A stretch of DNA of 32,000 nt, taken from positions 2,970,001 to 3,002,000 of the forward strand of contig NC_013202.1 of the NCBI RefSeq assembly GCF_000023965.1, written 5' to 3'. Each line of letters begins with the position of its first letter. Within the stretch, counting starts at the first letter, position 1. This document shows, in pieces, positions 15,944 to 24,709 of the stretch. Under the pieces are notes generated by a model. The model saw nothing but the letters and a program-made list of their open reading frames with translations. It had not been told where the DNA came from and ran no database searches. The DNA comes from Halomicrobium mukohataei DSM 12286. GTDB taxonomy: Archaea; Halobacteriota; Halobacteria; Halobacteriales; Haloarculaceae. The translations under genes were made by a program, and so were the position numbers.

Positions 15944-16771
15944 ATGAGTGTGGCTCCCCTCGGTACGGCCATGGCGTTTCGACGGTTCCTGCGCGGTCGC
16001 GTCCCCTGGGAGACCCTGGAGGGCGTCGCCGGGGAGATGTGCGAGCGGTACGACGAGCCGTCGGTTCGCGTCGAGTTTCTCGACGCGGACAACTGGCTGT
16101 CGACTCCGATGGCCGTCGACGATCGCTGGTTCGTGAAGCTGATCACCGAGCAAAACTCTCTGGTCCACGCGCTGTTGACCGCCGGCCGGAACCTCGGAGC
16201 CTTCTCCTCGGGGACCGAGGGCTTCTTCGAGCACTTCGGGACGCCCTACGAGATGGCCGACCACGAGCTGGCGGCGACCCGGACCATGCGCGAACTGGGA
16301 GTGAACGCGCCCGAGCCGATCGAGGCCTTCGAGTACGAGGGCCACGGGGTGCTCGTACTGGAGTACATTCCCGACTTCGCCGTCCTCGAAGAGCTGTCGG
16401 ACGAGACCGCGAGCGACCTCGCACCGGTCGTCTTCGACTTCCTCCATCGGATGCACGAGGCGGGGCTCGCACACGGGGACTTCCGGGCCGAGAACGTCCT
16501 CGTCGCCGACGGCGAACTGTACTTCATCGACGCGACGAACGTCCGTGACGGTGCGATCGACGACGCCCGGTCGTACGATCTCGCGTGTGCCCTGGGTGCG
16601 TTGACGCCCCTGACCGGCGGACGGCGGGCCGTCGACGCCGCTGCCGACCACTACACGCCCGCAGAGTTGCTCGCGGCCCGCGAGTTCCTCGATTTCGTCA
16701 ACATCCGACCGGACCACGACTTCGAGGCCGCCGGCCTCAAAGGCGAGATAGAGAAGCTCGCAGAGCAGTAG
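15944..16771 (+). CDS. Protein-kinase-like fold phosphotransferase (RIO/Bud32/Kdo-kinase-like)
   Basis: The catalytic-loop-like motif is LAHGDFRAENVLVADGELYFIDATN. The start is uncertain: ATG 15944 or ATG 15971 (MAFRRF...). Confidence 0.7.
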   Translation: MSVAPLGTAMAFRRFLRGRVPWETLEGVAGEMCERYDEPSVRVEFLDADNWLSTPMAVDDRWFVKLITEQNSLVHALLTAGRNLGAFSSGTEGFFEHFGTPYEMADHELAATRTMRELGVNAPEPIEAFEYEGHGVLVLEYIPDFAVLEELSDETASDLAPVVFDFLHRMHEAGLAHGDFRAENVLVADGELYFIDATNVRDGAIDDARSYDLACALGALTPLTGGRRAVDAAADHYTPAELLAAREFLDFVNIRPDHDFEAAGLKGEIEKLAEQ

Positions 16772-16777
16772 CGGCGA

Positions 16778-17659
16778 TCACTCCGACGACCGCGCGGTCA
16801 GCGTGATCCCGGCCAGGACGACCGCTCCGCCCGCGACGGTCCACGACGACGGCACTTCCGTGAGCAAGAGCAACGCCAGGAGCGCGCTGCCCAGCGGTTC
16901 GCCAAGCAGCGTCACGCTGACCAGGCTCGATTCGACGTGAGCCAGCGACCAGTTCACGAGCGTGTGCCCGAGGATGCCGGGACCGACGGCCATACCGAGA
17001 AAGAGGAGCCACTCTCGACTCTCGTAGCCCGTCAGCGGAAGTCCCTGGGCGAGGACGACCGCCAGCAGCGCCAGCGCGGCGACGCCGTAGACGACGGTGA
17101 CGTAGGGGAGCAGCGGGAGTCGCTGCCGCAGCGACCGACCGGCGAGGACGTAGCCGGCGGCCATCAGCCCGCCGACCAGTGCGAGGGCGTTGCCGTACAG
17201 CGGTCGCGGTCCGACGGCCGTCCCGCCCAGCAGATCGCCGAGAGACATGACGACGATCCCGGCGATCGCGACGACGACCCCCAGGACCGTCCGCCCGGTG
17301 ACGCGCTCGTTCAGGAGGAGCCACGCGCCCGTGACGACGAAGATCGGCTGGGACTGGACGAGCGTGACGCTGGCGGCGACGCTGGTCCACGAGAGGCTCT
17401 CGAACCAGGCCGCGAAGTGCGCGGCCAGCGCCACCCCGGTGAGGCCGGCGGCCAGCAGGTGCCGGCCGGAGAGGTCGCCGACCGCGTCGGCGTGGCGAGC
17501 GAGCAGGACGGGAGCCAGCAGCGCGGTCGTCAGCAGGACACGGTAGAACGCGGCGACGACTGGCGGGGCCGTACTCCAGCGGATCAGGATCGCGCTCGTG
17601 CTGATCGCGACGACCGCGACGGCGAGCGCGAGACGTGGCCGGGCAACGCTGTCGCTCAC
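16778..17659 (-). CDS. EamA/DMT family transporter (10 TM)
   Basis: The protein has two hydrophobic EamA-like halves. It starts at a GTG at 17659 (VSDSVARPRLALAVAVVAIS...). Confidence 0.85.
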   Translation of the reverse strand: MSDSVARPRLALAVAVVAISTSAILIRWSTAPPVVAAFYRVLLTTALLAPVLLARHADAVGDLSGRHLLAAGLTGVALAAHFAAWFESLSWTSVAASVTLVQSQPIFVVTGAWLLLNERVTGRTVLGVVVAIAGIVVMSLGDLLGGTAVGPRPLYGNALALVGGLMAAGYVLAGRSLRQRLPLLPYVTVVYGVAALALLAVVLAQGLPLTGYESREWLLFLGMAVGPGILGHTLVNWSLAHVESSLVSVTLLGEPLGSALLALLLLTEVPSSWTVAGGAVVLAGITLTARSSE

Positions 17660-17720
17660 GGCCGTACGTGGAACAGCGATGGCTTGAACGCTGGGAAGTC
17701 GGCGAGGCGGTACCCGGCCG

Positions 17721-18302
17721 TTACTCGGCGTCGGCCGGCACGTCGAAGTCGTGGAAGTGCTCGCCCTTTTCCTTCGAGAGGATGTTCAGCGCCGCCGCCG
17801 CGCCGTCGCCGGCGGAGATGACCGCCTGCCACTCCTCCGCCCGGACCATCGCGCCGGTGGCGTAGGCGTCGTCGACGCTGGTCTCCATCGAGACCGTCAC
17901 GTCGACGGTGTCCTCGTCGGTGAACGCACAGCCCAGCGAGTCGGCCAGCGACCGGTCCGCGCCGGTCGCGAGCACGAGGAAGCGGCCTTCGACGGTCTGG
18001 TCGCCGGCCTCGCCGGCCTCGGACTCCGCTTCGGTCGTCACCGCGAACCCCTCGGCGGTCTCTTCGACGGCCGTCACTGCCTCGTCTCGCAGCGTGACGC
18101 CGAACTCCTCGACCTGCTCGCGAGACTGGGCGACGAACTCGGAGCCGTCCATCGAGTCGATGCCGAGGTAGTTGAACAGGTGTGCCTTGTGCATCCACGT
18201 CTCGTCGGTGTCGAAGACCACAGTGTCGAGACCGTTCTTCTCGGTGAACAGGGCACCACTCAGGCCGGCGGGGCCGCCGCCGACGATCACAACGTCGTGC
18301 AT
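17721..18302 (-). CDS. Small FAD/NAD(P)-binding oxidoreductase (thioredoxin-reductase-like, ~193 aa)
   Basis: The start is the ATG at 18302 (MHDVVIVGGGPAGLSGALF..., GxGxxG), and ATGAD occurs later. CTATTTATG lies ~25 nt upstream at 18325-18333. The remainder of the 940-aa ORF is an antisense shadow of the transducer gene. Confidence 0.8.
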   Translation of the reverse strand: MHDVVIVGGGPAGLSGALFTEKNGLDTVVFDTDETWMHKAHLFNYLGIDSMDGSEFVAQSREQVEEFGVTLRDEAVTAVEETAEGFAVTTEAESEAGEAGDQTVEGRFLVLATGADRSLADSLGCAFTDEDTVDVTVSMETSVDDAYATGAMVRAEEWQAVISAGDGAAAALNILSKEKGEHFHDFDVPADAE

Positions 18303-18452
18303 AGCCGTGTGTTCGTGACAGTGGCATAAATAGCTCCGGCGACACCGCTGTAACCGGGTGTGCTGAAAGAAACGATCGGAAACGATCCGCCCGGTTATTG
18401 GCGCTGATAGCGTGGCCACATCGCTTTTGCTGTCACCGTCCCACGGTGAGCT

Positions 18453-20405
18453 ATGGCGGACATTGCAGCGGGGCCAGACCAGAACCACAGTCGACGAAGC
18501 TGGGGAGCGACGCTCCGAGAATTCGTCGAGTACATTCCGAGCGGCGACACGATTCCAGACGAGACGTGGCGTGGACGCCACCGGAACGTGCTCCGCTTGC
18601 TGGTGGCACACGTGCCCGTCCTGCTGGCACTCGGTCTCGCCGACGGGACGGAGTCGATGGTGACCGGTGCGCAGTTGCCAGAGATTCCGGTCACGCACGT
18701 CCTGGCGGAAGTCGGCGTCGTCGTCACGCTGGCGATCGCAGCGTGGCTGGCGCTGTTCAAGCGGCGAACTCGGACCGCGCTCGCGACTCTGGGGCTCGTG
18801 ACGACCTCGGGATTCCTGGTTCACTTCTCGGGGGGCTACATCGAGGCGCACTTCCACTTTTTCGTCGTGATGGCCGTCGTCGCCGTCTACGAGGACTGGC
18901 TCCCCTTCGTTCTGGGGATCGGGTACGTCGCGCTCCAGCACGGCTACTTCGGCATGATCGATCCGAGTCGGGTGTACAACCACGCTGCCGCGATCAACAA
19001 CCCCTGGGCCTGGGCGTTCATCCACGCCGCGTTCGTGCTGGGCCTGGCCGCCGCACTGATGGCACACTGGTACTCGACCGAGCGGTCCCGAGAGCAGGCC
19101 CAAGAGCAGCTGCGGCAGGCCCGCGAAAAGACCGAAGAGATCGAGGATCTGGAGGCGAAACAGGCCGAGATCGAGCGCGCGAAAGCCGAGGCCGAGGAGG
19201 CGAGAGCAGCGGCCGAGGCCAAACGCGACGAGGTCGAGCAGCTGTACGAGCGACTGGAGGCCGACGCCGACGACTGCAGCGCAGCGATGGCACGAGCGGC
19301 AAACGGCGACCTCACCGTGCGCCTCGAAACCGACAGCGACAGCGAAGCGATGGCCCAGATCGCGGTCTCGTTCAACGAGATGATCGCAGAGACCGAAGCG
19401 ACGATACAGGAGATCCAGTCGTTCGCCCAGGAGGTCGCGGACGTCAGCATGCAAGCAAACGCCAGCGCCGACGAGGTCAAGCAGGCCAGCGAGGGCATGA
19501 GCGGCTCGATACAGGAGATCGCGAGCGGCGCGAGCGAACAGCGCGAGCGGCTCGCCAGCGTCGCCGACGAGATGACCGACCTCTCGGCGACGGTCGAAGA
19601 AGTGGCCGCATCGGCCGAGACGGTCGCCGACAGTTCGCGCGAGACCGCCGAGATCGCCGAGGCCGGCGAGACGACCGCACGACGAGCGATCGAGAACGCA
19701 CGCGAGGTCCAGGCCGCCATCGACGAGACGGTCGACAACGTCGAACTTCTCGACGAGCAGATGGCAGAGATCAGCGAGATCGTCGAGCTGATCGGCGACA
19801 TCGCCGAGCAGACGAACATGCTGGCGCTCAACGCCAACATCGAGGCTGCTCGTGCCGGCGGCGAGAGCGGGACCGGTGGCGGTGGGGGGTTCGCCGTCGT
19901 CGCCAACGAGGTCAAGCAACTGGCCGAGGAGACCCAGGAGTCGGCCGCCGAGATCGAACAGCGGATCGAACGGACCCAGAGCCAGACCGACGCGACCGTC
20001 GAAACGGCCCGCAGCGCCGAAGCGGACATGCAGTCGGAGGTCGAGGCCGTCGAAGCGGTCGCCGAGTCGTTCCGGCAGGTCGCCGAAAACGCCGAGCAGA
20101 CCGACGACGGCATCCAGCAGATCAGCGAGACGGCCGACGATCAGGCGGCCAGCACCGAGGAAGCCGTCTCGATGGTCGAAGCGGTCGCAGACATCAGCGA
20201 GTCGACGGCGGACGAGACCGAGAGCGCGTCCGCGGCGGCCCAGCAACAGGCCGCGTCGATGAACCAGGTCAGCACCAGCGTCGAGGCCCTCAGCGAGCAG
20301 ACCGAGCGCCTCCAGACGCTCCTGGGGAAGTTCGAGGTGAACGCGACGGCGACGGACGGCGGGACCGACGCAGGAACGGGCGACCGCGACGCCGGCCGTC
20401 GCTGA
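18453..20405 (+). CDS. Methyl-accepting chemotaxis protein / halobacterial transducer with an N-terminal His-rich 6-TM domain
   Basis: There are six predicted TM helices (aa ~45-215), then a coiled coil and a HAMP-like segment ([24 protein letters not shown]). The MCP signalling hairpin is [45 protein letters not shown]. Confidence 0.92.
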   Translation: MADIAAGPDQNHSRRSWGATLREFVEYIPSGDTIPDETWRGRHRNVLRLLVAHVPVLLALGLADGTESMVTGAQLPEIPVTHVLAEVGVVVTLAIAAWLALFKRRTRTALATLGLVTTSGFLVHFSGGYIEAHFHFFVVMAVVAVYEDWLPFVLGIGYVALQHGYFGMIDPSRVYNHAAAINNPWAWAFIHAAFVLGLAAALMAHWYSTERSREQAQEQLRQAREKTEEIEDLEAKQAEIERAKAEAEEARAAAEAKRDEVEQLYERLEADADDCSAAMARAANGDLTVRLETDSDSEAMAQIAVSFNEMIAETEATIQEIQSFAQEVADVSMQANASADEVKQASEGMSGSIQEIASGASEQRERLASVADEMTDLSATVEEVAASAETVADSSRETAEIAEAGETTARRAIENAREVQAAIDETVDNVELLDEQMAEISEIVELIGDIAEQTNMLALNANIEAARAGGESGTGGGGGFAVVANEVKQLAEETQESAAEIEQRIERTQSQTDATVETARSAEADMQSEVEAVEAVAESFRQVAENAEQTDDGIQQISETADDQAASTEEAVSMVEAVADISESTADETESASAAAQQQAASMNQVSTSVEALSEQTERLQTLLGKFEVNATATDGGTDAGTGDRDAGRR

Positions 20406-20445
20406 CGCGGGCTCTCTGTTCGAGATCGCTATCGCTCTTCGGAGA

Positions 20446-20925
20446 CTACTCCAGCAACTGCTTCGTAGTCCGGTGTCGGTATCGGAACATCGGCTCGAAA
20501 CCGACGTAGGCGAAGGGGCCGACGGCTTTGCCGAGCGGTCCACCGGGGAACTGGTACTCGACCCGGTCGTGGACCAGCGTCGCGTCGCCCTCCGCGACGA
20601 ACCGGTGGGTGTGCAGCCAGTGGGCGAACGGCCCCTCGGTCATGTGGTCGCGGAACATCGCGTGCTCGTCGCTCTCCTCGCGGGCGACGATCTCGGAGGT
20701 CCAGGTCTGGCGCGGTCCGACGCCCAGCGGTCGGACCGACGAGACGATGACGGACCCTTCCGTGAGCACGTCGGGGTCCGGTTCGCCGTCGGGGCCGCGT
20801 GACTCCTCTACGACGAGGTTCATCCAGTTCGGCGTCAGGGCTTCGAGCCCGTCCCCGGTCGAGTGAAACTCCCACACGTCTGCCAGTGGCGCATCGACGC
20901 GGACCGACCGCTCGTAGACGCTCAT
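20446..20925 (-). CDS. SRPBCC (cyclase/dehydrase, START-like) family protein
   Basis: The protein begins MSVYERSVRVDAPLADVWEFHS.... Its length is typical and it has the ...GPFAHWLHTHRF... pattern of the polyketide-cyclase/CoxG-like fold. Confidence 0.75.
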   Translation of the reverse strand: MSVYERSVRVDAPLADVWEFHSTGDGLEALTPNWMNLVVEESRGPDGEPDPDVLTEGSVIVSSVRPLGVGPRQTWTSEIVAREESDEHAMFRDHMTEGPFAHWLHTHRFVAEGDATLVHDRVEYQFPGGPLGKAVGPFAYVGFEPMFRYRHRTTKQLLE

Positions 20926-21046
20926 GTGAAGACATAGGCGGGCAGCGGTGAAAAGACAGTGGTCCGCGACGGCTCCCAGACGGATTATCGTCGGTCGTTC
21001 CCGGATCGACTGCGCGCCACCGAGAAAACGGCGACAATTACCCGTA

Positions 21047-22300
21047 TCACGGCCAGGTCCCGGCTTCCGCGGCCGCGCGGTGGACGCGCTCGATCGCGAC
21101 GGCGTACATCGCGGTCCGCAGCGTCGGCGCGTCGGTCGCCTCGTACCGCTCGATCAGGTCGTCGAACGCCGACGTGATCACGGTCTCCAGTTCGTCGTTG
21201 ACACGCTCCAGCGACCACGAGAAGCGCTGTCGGTTCTGGACCCACTCGAAGTACGACACCGTGACGCCGCCAGCGTTGGCGAGGATGTCGGGGAAGACGG
21301 CGATCTCGCTGTCGGCCAGCACGTCGTCGGCGTCGGGCGTCAGCGGCCCGTTGGCGGCTTCGACGATCACGTCTGCGCGTACGTCACGGGCGATGGCGGC
21401 GTCGATGGCGTTTTCCAGGGCCGCCGGCACGAGCAGATCCACGTCCAGCGTGAGCAACTCGCGGTTGCTCAACTCCTCGCTGGCCCCCTCGAAGCCCGTC
21501 ACCGACCCGGTTTCGCGCTTGAACGACTTGGCCGCGCTGGTGTCTATCCCCGCCGGGTCGTACACCGCCCCCGAGGAGTCAGAGACCGCGACGACGGTCC
21601 CGCCCTGCTTGGCGATCAGTTCGGCCGCGACGGACCCCGCGTTGCCGTAGCCCTGGACCGCGACGGTGGCGTCGGCGATGTCCCCGCCGAGGTAGTCGAA
21701 GGCCTCGCGAGCGACGATCGCGACCGATCGGCCAGTCGCCTCGACGCGACCCTCGCTGCCGCCGGACTCGATCGCCTTGCCGGTGACGACGCCGGGAGCA
21801 GTCGTGTTCTCTAGGGTCTCGTAGGTGTCTTTGAGCCAGTTCATCTCGCGCTGGCCCGTGTTCACGTCGGGCGCTGGCACGTCTCGATCCTCGCCGATCA
21901 GCGGCCGCAGTTCCGTCGCGAACGCGCGGGTGATACGTTCGATCTCGCTCTCGGAGTAGTCGCTGGGGTCGAAGGCGATTCCTCCCTTGCCGCCGCCGTA
22001 GGGGATGTCGACGGCGGCGCACTTGTACACCATCCACCCCGAGAGGGCCTTGACCTCCTCGCGAGAGACCTGCGGGTGATACCTGATCCCGCCCTTGTAC
22101 GGGCCGCGGTCGCCGTTGAACTGCGAGCGGAAGGCACGGATCGTCTCGATCGATCCGTCGTCCAGTTCGACCGACAGCGTCGTTTCGAGGACCCGTTCGG
22201 GTCGCTTGAGGCGTTCGAGCGCGTCGTCGGGGACCGCGACGAAGGCCGCGGCGTCGTCGATCTGCTCCTGGAGGCTCTCGAAGGGATTGACCTCGGACAT
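21047..22300 (-). CDS. gdhA: Glutamate dehydrogenase (Glu/Leu/Phe/Val dehydrogenase family)
   Basis: Motifs are [18 protein letters not shown] and the Rossmann [12 protein letters not shown] take the ATG at 22300 ([10 protein letters not shown]...). Confidence 0.93.
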   Translation of the reverse strand: MSEVNPFESLQEQIDDAAAFVAVPDDALERLKRPERVLETTLSVELDDGSIETIRAFRSQFNGDRGPYKGGIRYHPQVSREEVKALSGWMVYKCAAVDIPYGGGKGGIAFDPSDYSESEIERITRAFATELRPLIGEDRDVPAPDVNTGQREMNWLKDTYETLENTTAPGVVTGKAIESGGSEGRVEATGRSVAIVAREAFDYLGGDIADATVAVQGYGNAGSVAAELIAKQGGTVVAVSDSSGAVYDPAGIDTSAAKSFKRETGSVTGFEGASEELSNRELLTLDVDLLVPAALENAIDAAIARDVRADVIVEAANGPLTPDADDVLADSEIAVFPDILANAGGVTVSYFEWVQNRQRFSWSLERVNDELETVITSAFDDLIERYEATDAPTLRTAMYAVAIERVHRAAAEAGTWP

Positions 22301-22384
22301 GCCGGGAGTGACGGCCAGTGGGCGCAAAAGTGTATCGGCAGTTGACGTGTCACATATCTCGTCTGGCGGTAGCTGCCAGCCGGA

Positions 22385-23215
22385 TCACTCCTCTGCCCGC
22401 GCGAGGATGCGCTCGGCCTGACGGACCTGTGGCGCGTCGATCATCTCCCCGTCGACGACGAACACGCCACGCGCTCGCTCGTCGGCCGCCTCGCTGGCCT
22501 CGACGATCCGGCGAGCCCAGGCGATCGCCTCGTCGTCTGGCGTGAACGCCGCGTTGACGACCGGGACCTGCGCCGGGTGGATCACCATCTTGCCGTCGTA
22601 GCCCAGCCGCCGAGCCTCCGTAGCTGCCTCGCGCAGCCCCGCCTCATCCTCGTACGCCGGGTAGTGGGTGTCGATCGCGTCGACGCCCGCCGCACGTGCC
22701 GCCAGCAGTGCGTGCTGGCGCGCGTGGGCGACCTCGCGACCGCTCTCGGTGCGGGTCGCTCCGAGATCGCCCGCCAGATCCTCGGCACCGAACAGGAGCG
22801 CGTCGGTCGCGTCGACGGCGGCGATTTCCTCGGCGTGGAGGACGCCAGCGGCCGACTCGACGAGCGCCAGGACCGGACCGCTCGCGTCGCGTTCGGCGAG
22901 CATCCCGGCCAGCGTCTCGACGGCGTTCGCGTCCGGCACCTTCGGAGCCATCACGCTGTCTGGCTCGCCACCCGACAGAACGACCGAGAGATCTCTGGCC
23001 GCGCCGTCGTCGATTGGGTTGACCCGCACGCACAGTTCACACGTCGACTCGACCGTCGCCAGCACGTCGCGGACCGCCTCCCGTGCGGCCTGCTTCCGGT
23101 CGGGAACGACGGCGTCTTCCAGATCGAAGACGGCGACATCGGCCCCGCTGTCGGCCGCCTTCCGCAGTTTATCGGGCTGGTCACCGGGGGCAAAGAGGAC
23201 GCTCCGTCGAGCCAT
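22385..23215 (-). CDS. citE: HpcH/HpaI aldolase / citrate-lyase beta-subunit-like (CitE, malyl-CoA-lyase-type) protein
   Basis: The start is the ATG at 23215 (MARRSVLFAPGDQPDKLRKA...DVAVFDLEDAV). A later ...GKMVIHPAQV... is typical of CitE-like lyases. Confidence 0.85.
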   Translation of the reverse strand: MARRSVLFAPGDQPDKLRKAADSGADVAVFDLEDAVVPDRKQAAREAVRDVLATVESTCELCVRVNPIDDGAARDLSVVLSGGEPDSVMAPKVPDANAVETLAGMLAERDASGPVLALVESAAGVLHAEEIAAVDATDALLFGAEDLAGDLGATRTESGREVAHARQHALLAARAAGVDAIDTHYPAYEDEAGLREAATEARRLGYDGKMVIHPAQVPVVNAAFTPDDEAIAWARRIVEASEAADERARGVFVVDGEMIDAPQVRQAERILARAEE

Positions 23216-23262
23216 ATCGCCGCTTCGACGGCCAGCTATGTAACTGTCTGGCACGCTGTCAG

Positions 23263-23447
23263 GGTAGTGTTCAGATAAGCCGCTGTATTTTCTGAGTTGC
23301 AGACACGGAAAGCCCTCGGCCCGCTAGCCAGATCTGTGGCGGATATTCTCCCTCCGGTCGAATAGTGCCGCCGCAGATCGAGCTACCGTGCCTCGCCCTT
23401 TCCGTGCCTGAATGACGTTACTCTCTATCTCTTACCTGAACACCGCC
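23263..23447. mobile_element. MITE, 185 bp, with 17-bp terminal inverted repeats and an 8-bp target-site duplication
   Basis: The left end is GGTAGTGTTCAGATAAG. The right end, reverse-complemented, is GGCGGTGTTCAGGTAAG. Subterminal CACGGAAAGCCCTCG / its inverse are present. The direct repeat GCTGTCAG lies at 23255-23262 and 23448-23455. There is no ORF. The same family occurs at 28522-29057. Confidence 0.85.
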
Positions 23448-23515
23448 GCTGTCAGAGAGCCACCCGAACGCAGTCGCTCCGCCCGGACCACCAGCAAGAG
23501 ACCCCCGCTCCGCCC

Positions 23516-24667
23516 TCAGGGCGTCTCGACGTCGAGGGTCACCACGTCCGACAGGCGGAGTTCGTCGCCGGGTCCGATCGGTTCCCGATCGCCCTTCGAC
23601 AGCCGGGTGCCGTTGAGCTCGGTGGGATTATCGCCGAGGTCGACCACGTAGAACTGGTCGTCGTCGCGCACGAAGCGGACGTGTTCGCGGTGGATCAGCA
23701 CGGACGTGTCGTCGTCCTCCCCGGCGTCGGCCAGCAGCGACCGGATCTCTCGACCGACGGTCTCGTCGTCGCCGACGACGACAGACTGCCCGTAGGCGGA
23801 GAGCGCGAGTCGAGACGGCGCGACGGTCCCGCTCGCGTCGCTCCCGCGATGGGCGTCCAGGTCCTCACCGCAGGACGCACAGAAGGCGTCGTCGGGACCC
23901 ACGTCGCTCCCACAGCCGGGACAGGCGTCGAGGGTCGTCTCGTCCGCGCCGCGGTGGGCGTCCAGATCCTCACCGCAGGACGCACAGAAGGCGTCGTCGG
24001 GACCCACGTCGCTGCCACACTCCGGACAGGCGTCGAGGGTCGTCTCGTCTTCGTCTTCCTCGGCGGTGCGGTGGGCGTCCAGATCCTCCCCACAGCCCGG
24101 ACAGAAGGCGTCCGACGGGTCGACGGCAGTGTCACACTCGGGACAGCTCCCCAGCGTCGCCGTCTCGTCGGACTCGCCCGTTTCGTCGTCGGCGTCGTCC
24201 GCGGTGTCGGCAGGCTCGCTCGTCTCCGCGCCCCCCTCGCCGACGGCGTCGTCTCGTTCCGGCGCGTCGTCGGCGTCCTCGGTGCTCGGGCGCTCTGGCT
24301 CGTCCGTCGCCGCGTCGGTCGCCCCGTCCGCGGTGTCTGTGGACTCGCTCGCCGCGTCGGCGAGCGGCGAGTCGTCCGGCTCGGCGTCCGCCTGTGGATC
24401 GGTCGGATCTTCGAGATCCAGATCGTCGTCGCCGAACAGCGGGTTGTCGCTGACGGCGTCGCCTTCTGGGTCGTCTTCCGGTGTCGCCTCGTCTTCGGAC
24501 GCCGTCTCCGCGTCGGCTTCCGAGTCCTCGTCCGAGGTCGATTCGATCTCCCCGTCGTACTGCCACTCCCCACACTCCGAGTTCGTACACCACCCCCCTG
24601 CAGCGGTCGGATCGAACGCTTCGCCACACAGCGGACATTCGACCGACCTACTGGTACTTTCTGACAT
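23516..24667 (-). CDS. Multi-zinc-ribbon, acidic-linker, C-terminal FHA-domain protein (ArnA-like architecture)
   Basis: The N-terminal ribbon is CPLCGE...CTNSEC. A ~120-aa Asp/Glu-rich linker follows, then three CPxCGxxVxPxDAFCxxCGEDLDAHR double ribbons. The C-terminal FHA signature is VGR...HREHVRF...YVVDLGDNPTELNG. Confidence 0.85.
   Translation of the reverse strand: MSESTSRSVECPLCGEAFDPTAAGGWCTNSECGEWQYDGEIESTSDEDSEADAETASEDEATPEDDPEGDAVSDNPLFGDDDLDLEDPTDPQADAEPDDSPLADAASESTDTADGATDAATDEPERPSTEDADDAPERDDAVGEGGAETSEPADTADDADDETGESDETATLGSCPECDTAVDPSDAFCPGCGEDLDAHRTAEEDEDETTLDACPECGSDVGPDDAFCASCGEDLDAHRGADETTLDACPGCGSDVGPDDAFCASCGEDLDAHRGSDASGTVAPSRLALSAYGQSVVVGDDETVGREIRSLLADAGEDDDTSVLIHREHVRFVRDDDQFYVVDLGDNPTELNGTRLSKGDREPIGPGDELRLSDVVTLDVETP
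23846..24150 (-). repeat. Intragenic tandem repeat: two ~105-bp units at ~91 % identity plus one diverged unit, each encoding a double zinc ribbon
   Basis: Units 23846-23950 and 23951-24055 differ at about 9 of 105 positions. A third, diverged unit lies at ~24068-24150. Confidence 0.85.
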
Positions 24668-24692
24668 ACGTGTTCGATCAGTCTACCTACGC

Positions 24693-24700
24693 ATAAAAAA
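24693..24700 (-). promoter_or_regulatory. TTTTTTAT on the minus strand: a possible internal TATA box for the FHA gene and/or oligo-T terminator after the PP2C gene
   Basis: The 42-nt gap between the PP2C stop (24710) and the FHA ATG (24667) contains CTATTTTTTATGCG. The motif lies ~27-30 nt upstream of the ATG. Confidence 0.4.
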
Positions 24701-24709
24701 TAGTTTTCC

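Noticed and set aside
18398-20509. A 703-aa plus-strand ORF overlapping the transducer in another frame
   Set aside because: The translation is extremely Arg/Gly/Asp-rich and repetitive, with no motifs. The alternative frame gives a textbook MCP.
17721-20543. A 940-aa ORF on the minus strand, the longest in the window
   Set aside because: Only its last 582 nt (17721-18302) encode a recognisable protein, the GxGxxG flavoprotein starting at MHDVVIVGGGPAG. The rest is antisense to the well-supported transducer gene (18453-20405) and translates to low-complexity Arg/Gly/Leu/Asp sequence. That is the usual shadow ORF of a high-G+C genome.
23846-24150. Tandem repeats as a possible CRISPR-like array
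   Set aside because: The repeats are in-frame coding units (double zinc ribbons) of a well-supported gene, with a 105-117-bp period and no spacer structure.
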